Shown: in pieces, positions 51,853-53,044 of the stretch
Layout of the letters: every line of letters starts with the position of its first letter
Numbering within the stretch: position 1 is the stretch's first letter
NCBI GenBank assembly: GCA_044229145.1
Contig: JBGATO010000022.1
Location: 1 to 53,044, forward strand
DNA: 53,044 nucleotides
Reading direction: 5' to 3'
From: Candidatus Eiseniibacteriota bacterium
Lineage (GTDB): Bacteria > Eisenbacteria > RBG-16-71-46 > CAZEPH01
Notes under the pieces: generated by a model
Told to the model about the DNA's origin: nothing
The model's database searches: none
What the model saw: only the letters and a program-made list of their open reading frames with translations
Program-made: the position numbers and the translations under genes

Positions 51853-52546
51853 AATAGCGCTCGTACGATTCGTTGTCGAAGATATTCGCTGAGACGATCT
51901 GCTCCACCGGCAAGACGATGCCGAAGTCCTCCACGTCGACCGCGATCGGCTCTCCCCGCGCGGCGCGACTCGCGATGTCCTCGTAGGCCTTCCAGTACAC
52001 CGTGTCGAAGATCAGCGTCATGTCCTCGGACGCACGATGCCCACTGATCGTCGGCAGGATTCGCGTCTGGGGATACTTGATGCTCGGCGGGGCAATCACG
52101 AGCCCGACGTAGCATTTCCGATTCGCCATCGTGAGCGAGACCGGCACGGCACGCTCGGCAGCATCCTGCAAGAGTCGCAGCAACTCGCCGCCATGCTTGT
52201 GGACTGCCCAACGAACAGCGCGGCGTTCGCGGAGGAAGACGTTCGAGACGAGCGCAACTGCAACCGCGCAGCACAATGTTGCGAGCAACGAGCCAACATA
52301 GGGCACTGGCAGGACGCCGTGCAGCAGAGAACGCACGACATGCAGTCGCTGGTCGACGACCGGAAGGGAGAGGATCAGCCGTGCGAACACGAAGAAGATA
52401 CCGCCAGTGAGCGTCGCCTCGAACAGGTTGCGATCCCATTCCAGCGCATCGAACCGGTGCTTCGTGACATGGCAGACTTGAAGGAACGTGTAGCCCCCGG
52501 CGACCGCGAAAAGCAGCAGCAGGGGCTGGACGGCATCAAATCCCAT
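51836..52546 (-). CDS. Hypothetical membrane protein (about three N-terminal TM segments plus a soluble beta-rich domain)
   Basis: 236-aa ORF with plausible composition; VSLTMANRKCYVG, LPTISGHR, DFGIVLP..QIVSANIFD; lower GC than flanking genes. Confidence 0.75.
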   Translation of the reverse strand: MGFDAVQPLLLLFAVAGGYTFLQVCHVTKHRFDALEWDRNLFEATLTGGIFFVFARLILSLPVVDQRLHVVRSLLHGVLPVPYVGSLLATLCCAVAVALVSNVFLRERRAVRWAVHKHGGELLRLLQDAAERAVPVSLTMANRKCYVGLVIAPPSIKYPQTRILPTISGHRASEDMTLIFDTVYWKAYEDIASRAARGEPIAVDVEDFGIVLPVEQIVSANIFDNESYERYFNAAG

Positions 52547-52552
52547 GGCGGC

Positions 52553-52780
52553 TTACTTCTTCGGACGGGGAGGGGTAGGAATCCTGCCGGCGGCAGCCAG
52601 CCGGTCGAGGGTCGCAAAGTGCTTGCGAGCGTTGGCGCTCGCCAGAATCGCGTGGATGTCGTACTCGATGCGCCCGCTCGGCTCCACGCTCTTCACGCGG
52701 ATTGTCTCGCCGTCTCGATGCGTCTGCCCCTCATGGGACACGCTCTGCTTCTGCATGAACTGTCTCCTGAACGGGGGCAT
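52553..52780 (-). CDS. Small hypothetical protein co-oriented with the membrane protein
   Basis: AGGAG 7 nt before ATG 52780; stop lies 6 nt from the next start. Confidence 0.6.
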   Translation of the reverse strand: MPPFRRQFMQKQSVSHEGQTHRDGETIRVKSVEPSGRIEYDIHAILASANARKHFATLDRLAAAGRIPTPPRPKK

Positions 52781-52807
52781 GAGTCGTCTCCTAGGCGGGA
52801 ATGTCGT

Positions 52808-52933
52808 CAGGATAGCAGAAGGCCACGACAGTCCACAGGAGATATCGTGTCATACCGGCAGTGCGGTGTTGGAGCAAGTCACACTCGCCGAGCAGGATTC
52901 GGGATTGAGCTTCCCCCCCAACCTGCTATCCTG
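52808..52933. repeat. 11-bp perfect inverted repeat, probably two divergent extended -10 elements
   Basis: CAGGATAGCAG (52808-52818) and CTGCTATCCTG (52923-52933). Confidence 0.55.
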
Positions 52934-52980
52934 CGATGTTTCCGCCTCACCCCCCTACTGAACCCACGGGACCTAGACCG

Positions 52981-53044
52981 ATGCGACGTACATGGACGCT
53001 GCTGGGAGCCGCGAGCCTCCTGGCGATGACGTTGGCGGCCTCCA
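52981..53044 (+). CDS. 5' end of a probable secreted protein, truncated by the window edge
   Basis: MRRTWTLLGAASLLAMTLAAS reads as a signal peptide; downstream of a TGCTATCCT box. Confidence 0.5.
   Translation, partial: MRRTWTLLGAASLLAMTLAAS

Overview
GC-rich bacterial DNA (about 70% GC by eye), densely coding, with about 50 genes. Secreted proteins with FlgD-Ig/T9SS-like C-termini and a 'TWGQLKALYR' tail suggest an FCB-group candidate lineage such as Ca. Eisenbacteria or Krumholzibacteriota/Latescibacterota (inference). In order: a kelch-repeat secreted protein; a sugar cluster (GH57 multidomain enzyme, frameshifted GH15-like hydrolase, glk, PLD3-like protein, epimerase); a convergent oxidative pentose phosphate operon (gnd-zwf-opcA-DUF1028-pgl plus an M16 peptidase pair); clpA and clpS; a caa3-type cytochrome c oxidase operon with ctaG; a B12 radical SAM/membrane protein pair; a Ser/Thr kinase; a DUF4185 lipoprotein; an EAL-HDOD protein; a PIN toxin-antitoxin pair; asnA; a badly frameshifted BNR propeller gene; an orphan PAS kinase; and a TetR-led anaerobic benzoyl-CoA operon (had, oah, SDR, dch, four class I reductase subunits with hybrid MBR-like architecture, small CxxC protein). 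That operon ends abruptly near 51820 at a lower-GC two-gene cassette of unknown function. Indel clusters (about 5050, 18170-18220, 39650-39950, 40500-40540) look like local long-read errors. I saw no rRNA, tRNA, CRISPR array or transposase. All family calls come from motif recognition by eye, not from database searches.
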